A stretch of DNA of 54,870 nt. Origin: Corallochytrium limacisporum Hawaii (taxonomy: Eukaryota > Protista > Pluriformea). The stretch is taken from the NCBI GenBank assembly GCA_002811645.1, contig PDIP01000262.1, positions 1 through 54,870 on the forward strand. The letters are read 5' to 3'. Shown piece after piece: positions 11,406 to 22,843 of this stretch. Under the pieces are notes generated by a model. The model made no database searches, was not told where the DNA came from, and was given only the letters and a program-made list of their open reading frames with translations. A program made the translations under genes and the position numbers. Position 1 is the first letter of the stretch; every line of letters begins with the position of its first letter.

Positions 11406-11981
11406 ATGGCTGCATCCAAAACCTTCAGCACCGCCCTGGTGGGCCTGACCATTGCAGGATCCGCTCTTGCCGCGATCACTCCCGCACAGATTAACGAAAC
11501 ATGCTCAGTGACTGATGCGTCCGGGACCATGATTTCATGGGCCTGTGCAGATGGTCTTGAATGCAATTTGGACATCTGTATGCCCAAGGTAGTTGGCGGC
11601 GCATGCCCGAAGGACTACTCAGTCTGTGGTTTCGTTGAACCAATGGAATGCTGCCCAGACAGTGAATTCTACTTCTGTGGTGTCGAATCGCATCCCGAGA
11701 CTAATTCTAGCTGCTTCCGTAGACCTGTTCTGAATGGGAAGTGCGATGACAAGAATGGAGGAGCTGTCTTGCCCTGCCAACCAGGACTTAACTGTGTGTT
11801 TTACTGTGAGGGTGGCAAGTGCTCGGGCTCTACTACTGACACAGCGGACGGTATATGCAAGCCCAATGGCCAGTGCCTTGATGAAACGGATTTCTGCAAA
11901 AACGATACGGACTGCTGCGGTGATCTAGTGTGCAAGACTTCGCATGATAACAATAAGATCAAGATCTGTAGTTCCAAATGA
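11406..11981 (+). CDS. Secreted cysteine-rich protein with two knottin (ICK)-like modules
   Basis: Signal peptide (LVGLTIAGSALA) and 22 Cys in 191 aa. Modules C-x6-C-x7-CC-x7-C-x11-C and C-x6-C-x5-CC-x4-C-x11-C alternate with CxxGLxC modules. Confidence 0.85.
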   Translation: MAASKTFSTALVGLTIAGSALAAITPAQINETCSVTDASGTMISWACADGLECNLDICMPKVVGGACPKDYSVCGFVEPMECCPDSEFYFCGVESHPETNSSCFRRPVLNGKCDDKNGGAVLPCQPGLNCVFYCEGGKCSGSTTDTADGICKPNGQCLDETDFCKNDTDCCGDLVCKTSHDNNKIKICSSK

Positions 11982-13522
11982 GTGCTCAACAAACGCACAT
12001 TCAGACCACAGGCTGGTGCTTAGTAATGTTTATACTTTAAAGTGCTTTTCGGATGTGTTCGCTGCCAGGACAATAACATTTGAAGAAAGGCTTGGACAGA
12101 ACAACATTAGTCGTCTGCTCTACCATGCTTACTTTAACGCGACCTTGACGAACAAACTACCATACTCCCATGAAACAAATATATCAAACCAATACATACT
12201 AAATCGTTCCCCTATGTTCTTTGAATCACTTTTATTTCATTGCATGAGAAGTTTTGTACCTGGCCTGCTCAAACATAGGCTCCTCCCCGATCTAACTATC
12301 TCTCTCTCCCCAAGGCTAAGGCTTCGGGCACCCTTCCCTCCGTCAAACCCTCCCTCGTTCGTCTTCAGGCCCCCCCCCTCCGGTGACCCACGAGAGCCAT
12401 GGAAGCAGCGGCACCCAGGTCTTAGGGACGCACACACCGCCCCCCCCCCCGCGGGGGGGAGCGTCTCCCATCTCAGCAGGTGCGATGAAAGAACCCCTGA
12501 CCTTAGCACGGGGATTCTCTCCCTTGGGCGTTTGTCTCCTCCACAAACATTCTTCCCTCTCTCCCCTGGGGCCGTTGCCTCCTGGCGAAATAACCCCCCC
12601 CCCTTGGGCCGAAACAGAAATTATTGCCCAAGTCTACGCGACGCGCCCCCAAAGAGAAAACTCGGGTCCTTAGAGAAAATTTTAGCACAGCTACACGAGT
12701 GCGATTCGGTTGGGCAGGGCACACACACACTTTGAGTATGGGTTTTGTGGTCAATGAACGTATATGGACGCATAACAATTATCCTATCAATTCCAACCCG
12801 AATCTCTTACTCAATCCCCCCTTATCAACACTGTGTGCTGGACAACTTGGCGCCATAGCCTGAGGGTTTATCTGCCCGAGCTGAGTGGATATGGGCTCTG
12901 CCCAGTTGCGGGTGTGTGTGCATTGTGCGCGTTTGTGTGTCTGTGCGCCAGTGAGGCGCACAATTGGGCAACAAAGGCAAGGGACCACCCGATTCCCCCG
13001 GGGGAAGGAGGGAGAAGGACAGAGATTGCCTTCCCCCCCCCCCAAAGCACTGGCAGTGGGTATGGAGAAAATCGCGGGTGGTCGTCGCCCACAGGAACTG
13101 GTGATCTCCCAGTGCGGAGGGTGATAGTAACCCAGACACGAGGATTCTCTCAAGTCTTTCGATCGGCTCCTGGACGCGGTACTGTCATTTCTCGAAAATC
13201 CCGATTTTATACAAAACATACTACATAGTTTGAGAAACAGTATCCCTGTCCTGTTGTTTTGGGATTTTTTGGTATTTCTTTCCTACCATCACGCACGCCG
13301 GTCAGCCCAAGCGAGCAGAAGGGGCGGAACGAAAAGTATGGGCTTTTCCCCCATTTCACGGCAGGGCATGAGTGATTGACAGAGCAGCGGCCGCCGCCGG
13401 GAAGCAGTGGGCCACGGAAGAGCCTTGGGGGGGGGGTGTAGATTGAAATGGGGTTTATAGTAAAGACACACGAATTTATTTACATGGAAACTATTCTACA
13501 GATGATTTGGTTCTTCATCAAT

Positions 13523-14737
13523 TTAAGCGACGCTAACCTTGATGTCGCTGTCATTGTCGTCGCTGCCACAGACCGATGAGAGATTGGAGCTCGGTGGGCT
13601 GGTCTCGTAGATGTGTTCATCAGTGCTGCTCTGGTAGATGTGCTCGTCAGTGCTGCTCTTTCCGGACACAATCACTTCTTCAGGGGCCTTGCTTTGTTCC
13701 TTGCCAGCTTTCTGCTTCTTCTCCAATCGCTTGGTGATGGCGTAGAGCGTAGTCGTGACCCAGTAATTCACGTAAAAGATGAAAGTCAGGCTGGGCAGCC
13801 ACATGATGTACCACACTACCACAAACACATCGACATAGTTGGGATTTTGGGCAACGCTCTTGATAGTGTCTGCCGTGATCACAATTGAGATGGCGAATGT
13901 GGCGATGCGAATGATGCCAAACAAGAAGGTCAGGAAATGCATGAACCAAATCTTCACGTTTGGATGCAGACGGTAAAGGATAGCCACTAGATAGGCAGGC
14001 GTTTCAGTGGTGGTGTGCAGATAGAGGGCCAGGCCGCATCGTCCGAAAATGGACCACCGCGCGTCATTGACGTACGGGCTAACAAGCAGAACATATCCAG
14101 TTAGACAGAGGGACAGCCAGTGGTGCAGTTTGATCAGCCAGTGGACTCCAGCATCGTCCAGGATCTCAATGAACCAAAGGACACAGAAGAGCGGCACCAG
14201 CACACCGAGAGCTTGTAAGATGGCATCGATGTCAGAGTTTAGGTTAAGAGAATCCGATTCAAGATAGTTCCACTGCAGTGTATGCCAAGGGAGGAAGCGG
14301 AAGATCAATACCATACCGACGATCGAGACCACGACTTCAGTCAGCTTATGTGTGACCTTCTTGAGCTTCACAGGGTCTTTAAGTTCGGTGATGTGGGGAT
14401 ACAGTCGAGGGATGGCCAATTTGAAGGCGTAACGCAGGATGATCAGCACTGCTGCAGGCAAAATAAAGTCCACAGCCACGACGATTTGCTCATAGAATTG
14501 TTGGGGCAGGAACAATGGTGGACTACAGAGTGCCTGGGCTTCCCCTCGGAGGAAGGTAGTATCGCCTTGGAAGGCCGCACTGCATGAATAGATGCTGAAG
14601 AGTTCTTGCTCGCAAAGCTGAGTCAGGTCATTGACGCAGTCTGGAGACTCAGAATCCAGGAAACATGATGTGCAGGCAACGTTGACGGAGTCCTGGGTAG
14701 CCTCTGGGAGGAGGTCGAAGTCATTGAAGAGGGGCAT
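13523..14737 (-). CDS. TLC (TRAM/LAG1/CLN8) domain membrane protein
   Basis: 404 aa multi-pass protein. TLC hallmarks: KLHHW (His pair), HTTTETPAYL (E-x-P region), FGIIRI (F..R). It has a six-Cys N-terminal extension and an acidic Ser-rich tail. Confidence 0.75.
   Translation of the reverse strand: MPLFNDFDLLPEATQDSVNVACTSCFLDSESPDCVNDLTQLCEQELFSIYSCSAAFQGDTTFLRGEAQALCSPPLFLPQQFYEQIVVAVDFILPAAVLIILRYAFKLAIPRLYPHITELKDPVKLKKVTHKLTEVVVSIVGMVLIFRFLPWHTLQWNYLESDSLNLNSDIDAILQALGVLVPLFCVLWFIEILDDAGVHWLIKLHHWLSLCLTGYVLLVSPYVNDARWSIFGRCGLALYLHTTTETPAYLVAILYRLHPNVKIWFMHFLTFLFGIIRIATFAISIVITADTIKSVAQNPNYVDVFVVVWYIMWLPSLTFIFYVNYWVTTTLYAITKRLEKKQKAGKEQSKAPEEVIVSGKSSTDEHIYQSSTDEHIYETSPPSSNLSSVCGSDDNDSDIKVSVA
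13607..13659. repeat. 27-bp coding tandem duplication (SSTDEHIY x2) in the TLC protein tail
   Basis: gtagatgtgttcatcagtgctgctctg followed by gtagatgtgctcgtcagtgctgctct. Confidence 0.9.
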
Positions 14738-16333
14738 GATTGCTATTGGTTCTACTCTGCCCGTGCTCTTTACTTTGGATGATTCTTTAAGTTTTGTTCT
14801 TTACACACAGGCAGATTACTATCCCGTCAGTGACCTGTTGGGAAGTTTTGGACTTGCTTACAGAATTCCTTTTGTGTAGTGTTCAGTCTTCGCAGTCGAA
14901 TCTCCACTTGATCTCTTCCATTAAATACCAGTGTACGATCCTCCCAACTTCATGTTGCTCGAGACATATTTAAACAAGACATGCGCCGTACACATGGCGA
15001 CATAAGCGCAAGGCATAACCTAAAAGAAAGCAGAACTCGCCCCCAAGCAAAAGCGTTCTGAGGTGATTCGCCGCGGCTGGGGCATTGTGCCCTTTCCCCC
15101 CTTCCCTCAGGCCCACAGGCTCTCCCTCACACCAGTGCTCAGCCCCCCGGCCCTTTGGGGGGCGGGGCGCGCCCACCCCTCCCCAATTTTGACCATAAGG
15201 AAACTCTACCGATTTTCTCAATCCCCCGCCGTTTGTTTTTCTAAGATCTGCGATCTCCGTGTGCACTAACAATGAACTAACTCTACAGAAAACCCAACAC
15301 AAGAATGCAAGTATCGATACTGTTACAATGTCTCAATTTCTAAAACAACGGAGGCCCTCCTTTTCTGTTGCATGTGTTAGCTGGGCCCATTGTATATAAT
15401 GAATTTATAGAAGTTTTCATATCCACCCTGGAGTCTTTCAGCATCCTTCCTCTGGATGGACGGGGTTGGATGCCAGTCAATTAGCATTATTTGGCGTGCA
15501 AATTGCGGGGGGTCACTTAGGGGTGCGCTCGCCCAGCGTCCGTATCTGTATTGGGATGAGCACGCCGAAAGTTTCTCCAATTCTCATTTCCAAGGCGCAC
15601 GTACTCGCATTTTTCCACCAGATGGAATCAATCGCAGTGGACCTACCCGTTTTTAGAAGGTTGGACAAACGTCCCTCTCCCAGTGCGGTGCCGAGCAGGA
15701 ACCTTTCGAAGTGTCCTTTGCAGCCCTTTGAGCCCTGGAATGGTCATCTTGGTATTGAATATGCCCGTTTATGTTATGAAGAACTTTCCATCACCACCCT
15801 CATACAAGCGATGGCAATGAGAAAACGTTTTTCATTCTGCCTTTCAAGTTCAACCCGAAAAATCTAGTTGAATTGTGCAGGTAAATTTTACCTGCCTCGA
15901 TATCTAGAGATACCGGGGCATGGCAAAGAAATGCATTAATGCGTGAGCATGTGGTTCTCCCAACTATCACCATTGTCCATCGCATTTCAAGTGCCAGTAC
16001 TGAGATATAGAATTGATTTATGGTGTTCATTGCAATGGTGAGTCTAGGGAGATGGCGACCCACGAATTGGGTGTATGTCACCGGGATCTCTCGTCATGAA
16101 CTGCATTGCGGGGTAAGCGCCCACGGTGATGTAACTCCCAGAATGTCTCATACATACAATACATTTATGCTCCGCACTCTAATCTATGTGCGTTCGGGAT
16201 CGCCATCTGCCTATCTCTTTCACGTCGAAGGTTTTGTACATTTGTTACCGACAAAATCTATTCACAGTTCCCTCAGTGTATGTACCAGTCCCTTGCGATC
16301 GTTAGCGTGCATTTCCCAGAACGAGATCAACGG

Positions 16334-16544
16334 CTACACCAACCCTTACAATGTGTAGGAAGCAACATCAGCGTAAAAGTTTTTCTTTAGTTTTAATCTA
16401 TACCAAGTTTTTCTTTGGTTTTAACGTATACCAAGTTTTTCCTTGTTCTAATCTCTGCCAAGCTTCTCGTTGGTCTACGTCTACACCACCCTTACAACGT
16501 CCTGGAAGAAATGAGCACCGAAAAAGTTTTTCTTCCCTTTTAAT
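16334..16544. repeat. Nested repeat: four degenerate 27-28 bp tandem units overlapped by a ~63 bp direct repeat
   Basis: Units start at 16377, 16405, 16433 and 16460 (aagtttttcttt.gttttaa..tatacc). CTACACC..CCTTACAA.GT...GGAAG....AAAAGTTTTTCTT...TTTTAAT occurs at 16334 and 16481. Confidence 0.85.
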
Positions 16545-17570
16545 ACAATGGAAATTTCTATGACTTAGTATTCCTGACTTGTCCTTACACACACCTCCAG
16601 TTACGTCGCGGTGATGTCGTTACACGGGGCCGATGCGACGTAAACTAAAGCAAGAAGGCATACGATACCGAGACGAATCGACGTCAAAAGGGTTAGAAGG
16701 CAATGGCTCTCTTAGGGAGACTTCGTACCTTAGATCTGAGTGGATGGGGACCTCCCCGTCTGAGTAACCGAGAATGGATTAATGTGCGGGATGGTGATGG
16801 CTATGACTAGCGGCTTTGTGGTTGATGATTTAGTCTGCTGTATAGTATGTGGAGCCTGAGAGCTGACGAAAACCTCATCGGGTTTACACAGAATGTTTAA
16901 AAACGCTAGCAGGCCAATCAGAAAACTTGGTGGCCTGCAATGATTCCTTTTTTTTTCTTCCGGGAAAGTGGATTTTGTAACCGCGTGGAATGAATCTCGG
17001 TGTTGAAGAAGTTGTTGAAGTTTTACGCTCGTTTCCCCTGCGACTCCCAAGGCAAGCTTGGGCTAAACGTTCGAGGAAGTATTCCCGGCACATTCTAGCG
17101 CCCACACAGTCCGTGGGTGGCGTAGATTGGGGGTCTTATACTCCTTCACGTATTGCCAAATGAGAATTTTTTTTTTCACCAAACCTTAGGCGGCCACTTC
17201 TGTACCTCGTGTTGGGAGTGTTGCCAAAAACCACGAGGGGATCCTTGGAAGTGCAAGTTTGACTGCTAGGTGATAGACGAGTTGGGGCCATGGAGGGGGG
17301 AACATTGAAATGAAGAAATTGATGTAAAGCACTTCGGCAACGGCTTCACCTATCAGAGATAGCGTATCCCGGTTCATCATCCACCTACACCTAGCATAAA
17401 CTGGGCATCATCCTCTACTTCACTAGGATATAATTGCATCATCCTGGATGTGTTCGCAATGATTGTACAAAGAACCTTTAAAGGACTGAAGTATATGGAT
17501 CCAATGATGTTCACATATAGAATTTGCACCTTTGCATGCCTCGCCTAAATAATCCATCGTTCAGTATGGT

Positions 17571-17890
17571 GTGCTTAAGTACCAAGAACAGCTGCGACAA
17601 GGACTGAAAACACCGGACAGGGAACATCACACAATCCACTACCTGAAGAAAGATCACGAAAAAGGGCAACACTACCGGGAATCAATGTACATAATTAACG
17701 AGGGGCAACAAGGACGGACTCAAAATAGAGTGGTGCGAGTATATACTCATACATACAAAACATACATTCGGCGTACAGAGATAAATGGAGAAATGGAGCG
17801 ACATAAGAACAGAATAAAAAGGAATTCGATCGACAACCCACACTATTTTCAGCTGAACGAGGCCGACGGGTACCCTTAAGAAGGGGCAGA
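17571..17890 (+). mobile_element. Possible degenerate RNase H relic of a retroelement
   Basis: With one frameshift it reads KIEW-VRVYTHT...QLNEADGYP*EGA, resembling the RNase H C-terminal motifs (W..V..H; NE.AD.LAK.GA). No RT domain was recognised nearby. Confidence 0.25.
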
Positions 17891-19497
17891 CAGGGCCGAA
17901 CAGCAAGTGCAGAAATTCCTCCAAACGGATCCGCAAGCATACAGTGCAAACAAACACGTATATCCCTCTCGGATGACTACTTACTCTTGGTTGCGACATG
18001 GCTGATTGTTTAGAGGAAAAAATATGTGTCGTACTTGTACTAGGACTAATACTAAGAAACGGCGCTGTTCACAACGCAATGGGACAAGCTTGGTTAGGCT
18101 GTCTTGGCCCGGTGTCATTCTTTACTCGAAATGACCGATCACATCATTCTCTCTCTTTCTTGTGAGCACGGTGGTACTAACTCTGCGGGTGCGATTTCCT
18201 TGTGGCGGCGGATCCCCCGATGAACACCCTCGCAATTCTGTCCCCTCCCTGCCTCCCCAAGGCCCGTGCCTGGCACCACCATCGAGCGCCGCCGGTACAG
18301 TCTTCGGTACACTGGGCCCAGAAATCGACTGGTTTCAAAAACTTTCCTTTTCGGGAACTTGGGGACATACAGCCCGTACAAGCCGGGTTACCTTCACCAC
18401 AATCTCGTGGGTCACCGTGCAGAATGCATTTAGATGGCACACTGCTATTGCGAGCATTTTCCAAAGGTCTCCCTGCACATCTTTGCAGGACTGGGCAAGT
18501 GCGACTTGTGAATGGATCCATGTGTCGTTGGTTTCAATGTGCCCTTGAAGGGGCCAGCCAGTTATCCGCACGTGCGGGGCCTGCACGAAGGGGTCCTGCA
18601 GTCTCAGGTTCGAGAGGGGTCCTAGGCAACTGGCGATTCCGTATGGAGTACTGTTGCCGGAGGGGGGAGGGCACATGGGACAAAGGAAAATTCTCCAATA
18701 TATTGTGTAGGGGAATCCGCTTGTAGCATGTGTAAAAGGTTCTCTGGGGAAAAAAAAAAGTTGAACTTGGACGGAGGGGGGTTGGAGGGAAGGGATACCG
18801 TGCTCAGTGCGACTTCCCTACCCAGAAAACCCTTGAAAAGCCAATCGGCGGTCGATTCTCCCTGTCTAAACTTCCATCACAGCAATGTTCAACATCTCAA
18901 TGATACATACACGAACACACTCGTTACTACAGGAGGTTATTGATGTATGGGTTGCTTCTCAGAAGGCCATCTACAGTGGTCAAACCAATCAAACGATCGA
19001 ACGAATCCTGGGAAGCGTTTCCTCGGGGACTGTTAGGCCCCTAGAGGAGCTACCGCCGAAGGAATGCCTGCATCAATTTATCCATTCAGGCCTAACAAGT
19101 GAGATTCTAGATCCTCACTTTGCTGATCCACTAGAACAAGATCCGAGAGGGACTGTGACCTTGCTGTGACCTGTACATCTGGGTACCAGTGATGGCCTGG
19201 CCTGCCGCATTGTTCGCTAGTCATCGGTGGAACTGTGAGGTTTGATCCTGATCAATTCCTACGATCCTACAACGGATCGTGCAGAACACAAATACCTCAT
19301 TGAGCGCATGCATGGTAGGTTGAAAGCAATGGGTCAAGAGAGAAAGGAGGAAAGGTGAAATTAAACATGGCATTTCATGCGAAAATTTCTTCAACGCGTA
19401 CTCTCTACATACTTATGCTACAAACCTCTATTGACAGCCATGCATGACAACCACATGTTCTTTGGGCTTAAACCGGGTGATTCAACACACGATGATC

Positions 19498-20076
19498 TTA
19501 TACCTTTCGGCAAAAGGCAGTGAACTTCCAGAAACAACTAAGCTCCAGGTCATTCTGCTCGTCCGGACTGGCATAGTCCAGATGGTAGAAGTCGATATCC
19601 CTCTGAAGATTGTCATCCGTAACAGGGATCGTGAGGGTGACACGTTTATGATCAAACGGGTATTCATCGACTTTAAAATCGGCATCAAAAGCCCGCAGAG
19701 ACATGCTCAGAGTCAGCTCCTGGTTTCCTCCGACGTGAGATGTGCCATCGTCCTTGGTCCAGTAGTGATCGACGACGGGAGATGTGGTGTCAAACATTTC
19801 GTAATGCCAATTGCCTCCGCCGGTAAGCCCGATGTACATTGTCCAGTGTAAATCCTCACATGACTTTCCTACACAATCAGTGCGCATGCAGGCAGTATCG
19901 TTCAGATGCACAGTGCAACTGATGTCTTCCATGCTCAACTCATTGTTGCTCTGGTTTTCTTCGGTAGTGGAGACCGTGACTTCATTGTCGGTGACCCGAC
20001 GGCTCTGCACAGAGGCAGCGGCTATGGCATTGACAAGAGCCAGAAGCAACAAAAGCGTCTTGATGAGGGACTTCAT
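19498..20076 (-). CDS. Secreted protein with a probable stand-alone C2-like beta-sandwich
   Basis: Signal peptide MKSLIKTLLLLLALVNAIAA, then RR and an acidic spacer. CTVHLNDTACMRTDCVGKSCEDLHWTMYI and LSMSLRAFDADFKVDEY follow the C2 Ca-loop pattern (D..G.SD; V.D.D...D). GGTATATAAA lies upstream at 20167-20176 (- strand). The CDS is solid but the domain call is tentative. Confidence 0.7.
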   Translation of the reverse strand: MKSLIKTLLLLLALVNAIAAASVQSRRVTDNEVTVSTTEENQSNNELSMEDISCTVHLNDTACMRTDCVGKSCEDLHWTMYIGLTGGGNWHYEMFDTTSPVVDHYWTKDDGTSHVGGNQELTLSMSLRAFDADFKVDEYPFDHKRVTLTIPVTDDNLQRDIDFYHLDYASPDEQNDLELSCFWKFTAFCRKV

Positions 20077-22843
20077 GTCGATTGTTTGACTGCTGTCAGT
20101 CTCTAAATTTGAACGGAGATACCGATCCTTCTACACAGACTCCTGATCTAGCTCCGACACTGATCTTTTATATACCTTTTGCTGTTCCGTATCTGTTGGG
20201 GAATGCCGTTGTAGACGGATCGATAGACACAGAGAGCTTTCCCATGCGCTCCCAATGCGCTTCCCAGAGATTGTGCAAGGGTGTCCGAAAGTGGTCAAAG
20301 ATTGTTGAAATCTATTCTGAAACAGTGAACCAGCTGTAGTGGGTTCATCGTGGGCATCTCCAGTGAATGCGTACCAGTCCTATTTTTGTTCGTATTCAGC
20401 TTCAGCATGAGCAGCTGACTGGCTTTTTCTGAGCTGATCCAAAAGTCATTCAGATTGTACTTCATGGTGTTCTCCGTTTGTCGTTTGTGCAGGGAGCTCA
20501 CTTCACTGTACAACGATGTGATGGCAGCGGGAAGCATTGATGATATTTCTGAGTGAAGAAACACTGACGGGAACAAGCTATACATTGATTCAAAACAGTG
20601 ATGGGCATGACGGATTGAAAGATGAACGATGACAGCGTGCCCAGAAAGGTATTATCCTTCATGTTTAAGTCCGAATGCACTGCCTGCTATTTCTTATTGT
20701 TCATTAATCCTTCGTGTTTCACTGGTGGTTGTCCTGGCACATGGCCGCTCGTGGACACAAACTTTCTTTAGCCGCAGTATGGGAATTCCCAGGGGCTGGA
20801 TCGGTTGTGCTCGTGTTACTCTGCTCCTCTTGCGTAACCATGGGTTGTCTGGGGACGCCTAAACTATTCTTGTGCGCGCGGCGCTTCGGGGGAAAGAGCA
20901 TGCATAGTAATAGCGTATTCTCTGCGTATGATTCTTTCTGGGCATCTATTCCTATCCATTTCTTCGCATGATAAGGAACGGGTAAGGTAAATTCACCTAC
21001 TCCTCCAGGACTTCCTTGAATGCCCCATTATCGGGCTCTTGTTTATTGTACCGGTTCTACCTGTACGCTTATCCATCTTGTAATCGTGTCTGGCCTTTTC
21101 ATTGCAATCTACCATTGGCCTTTTTGGACGACTGCAGGAGAAGATCTTTGTATGCTTTTCAGACCTCCAATAGAAAACCACGAACGCAATGCACGTGGTC
21201 AGGGTCCAGGGTCGAGCGCTCACAAAACCGGACTGATGGTGCATACAATCACGACATTCCAGTACACGGTCCCAGAGCCTGTAATTCAACCAAGGGGCGA
21301 TGGTGCCCCGGACAGCTGTATGAACTGGTTCGTAACTGAATTTTCCTTCCCAGGAGCAGCCTCCAGTGACCGTCGTCATATTTTATCCGCATGTTCAGTA
21401 TGCACGATACTTCCGACCAATGTAAACGAACAATTGCACCACCCATTAAAGAAATAGTAGGTCCCGCTATCTTTCACATTAGTACTGAAGGGGATTCTAA
21501 CGAGCCCGATTCATTGGTCCACCCTGCCGCAAGCGAGTCAGTAGTGAATGTACCAGGAACACCAGCCAGTATTATGGTCCGGGCTAAGCGTGTTCTTCTA
21601 TGTGTTTCCAACCCGATTCATTCTCGGGCAATGGATCCCTGCTACCTTTTTTTTTGCAGTCCTTTTCCTAAGATTGTGACGATTGCAGATATTCTCGGTG
21701 GCGGGGTAGGGCACACAAGGCAGGCAGGGTTGGCAGGCAGCTTGGCCAACATCGCTTTCCAGTCGAAGTCAGGAGAGTACGCAGTCTTGAAAGTGGTGAC
21801 ATCAGACTACATTTCAGGGTAAAGTCTTGTGGAACCAAAGGTGAGGTACATACACACGAAAAGAAAATGGAGATTCGTCACATATGGGTTTGAAACGTGA
21901 TGAAGGTAGGTATTGAGAAACAGATTTAAGATTTCGAAATTTAGTACAAAACATTCAAGAAACTGGCCCAATACAATCTGAGGGGACACCGACACACGTT
22001 AGAACACGAGTATCCTGGAAGGACTAGGTTCATGAGAAGTACAAAAGAATGGTGTCGGATTACTCCATTTCTGACCCATTTCGGTATATGACAATGACAC
22101 TGATCTTAAAAGTATGACCCGAAAATGGGAAACTGTTCACTTATTGAATTCCCCATCTTTTTCCGCATAACAAGAACAGGGCAGGAATGAATTCAATGCA
22201 CCATGGGAATAATTTGAATTATGCAACACACAATTGAATTGCCTGTAAACCACAAATTTATATTGAATTTTGTTTTGACCAGAATCCGGACCAATCTGGT
22301 GAATAGGTCATGTGCCTCTCCTTCACACATACACAATCGTATCTTTTAATCTAAGCCACAAGGTGAGTTTAAATCCGAACAGATTCAGTTAACTTCTATC
22401 TTTTGCAAACTAGTGACCATATGGTTGGCATCACCTTAACTGACCGCCAAATTATGCTTCTTTCCAAGTTTGGTCATCACCCTGTCTTTTCCTTAGGCTA
22501 TGCAATACTTTTCTGAATGTAATTTAAGGCAATATTACATCTCGAATTGTTGTGGGTTGAAGACACTATCGCGATGTCGATATTGGCCCTGTTGTGCGGG
22601 TTTCGGCTCGTTATTTGGATCGGTTGAGGGCACTTTTGGAAGGCACGATGCCAGAAGCATGTTTAGGATACCAGCGCAAATGTGTTACCTCCCAGGGACA
22701 CTGGGAAGATCTTGCAAGCGGACAAGTTGTTGAAGACCGGAAAGGGACAGAGTTGTCGAGACTGCTGCTTTCATTCCATGCCATCAAGCAAAAGGGTGTA
22801 CATTTTTTGAAGACATCAGCGTTCATCGATCATCGGCTAGGAA

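Noticed and set aside
9744-13471. ORFs such as 10024..10674, 11944..12735 and 12779..13219
   Set aside because: Non-ATG or weak starts, overlap with noisy blocks, and no recognisable domains. Only 11406..11981 is credible here.
16377-16487. 28-bp repeats as a CRISPR array
   Set aside because: The units are contiguous with no unique spacers, there are no cas genes, and the context is eukaryotic.
21700-21800. Minus-strand TAYSPDF resembling the Tc1/IS630 YSPDLNPIE transposase motif
   Set aside because: The NPIE..W continuation and the other DDE motifs are absent, so it is probably chance.
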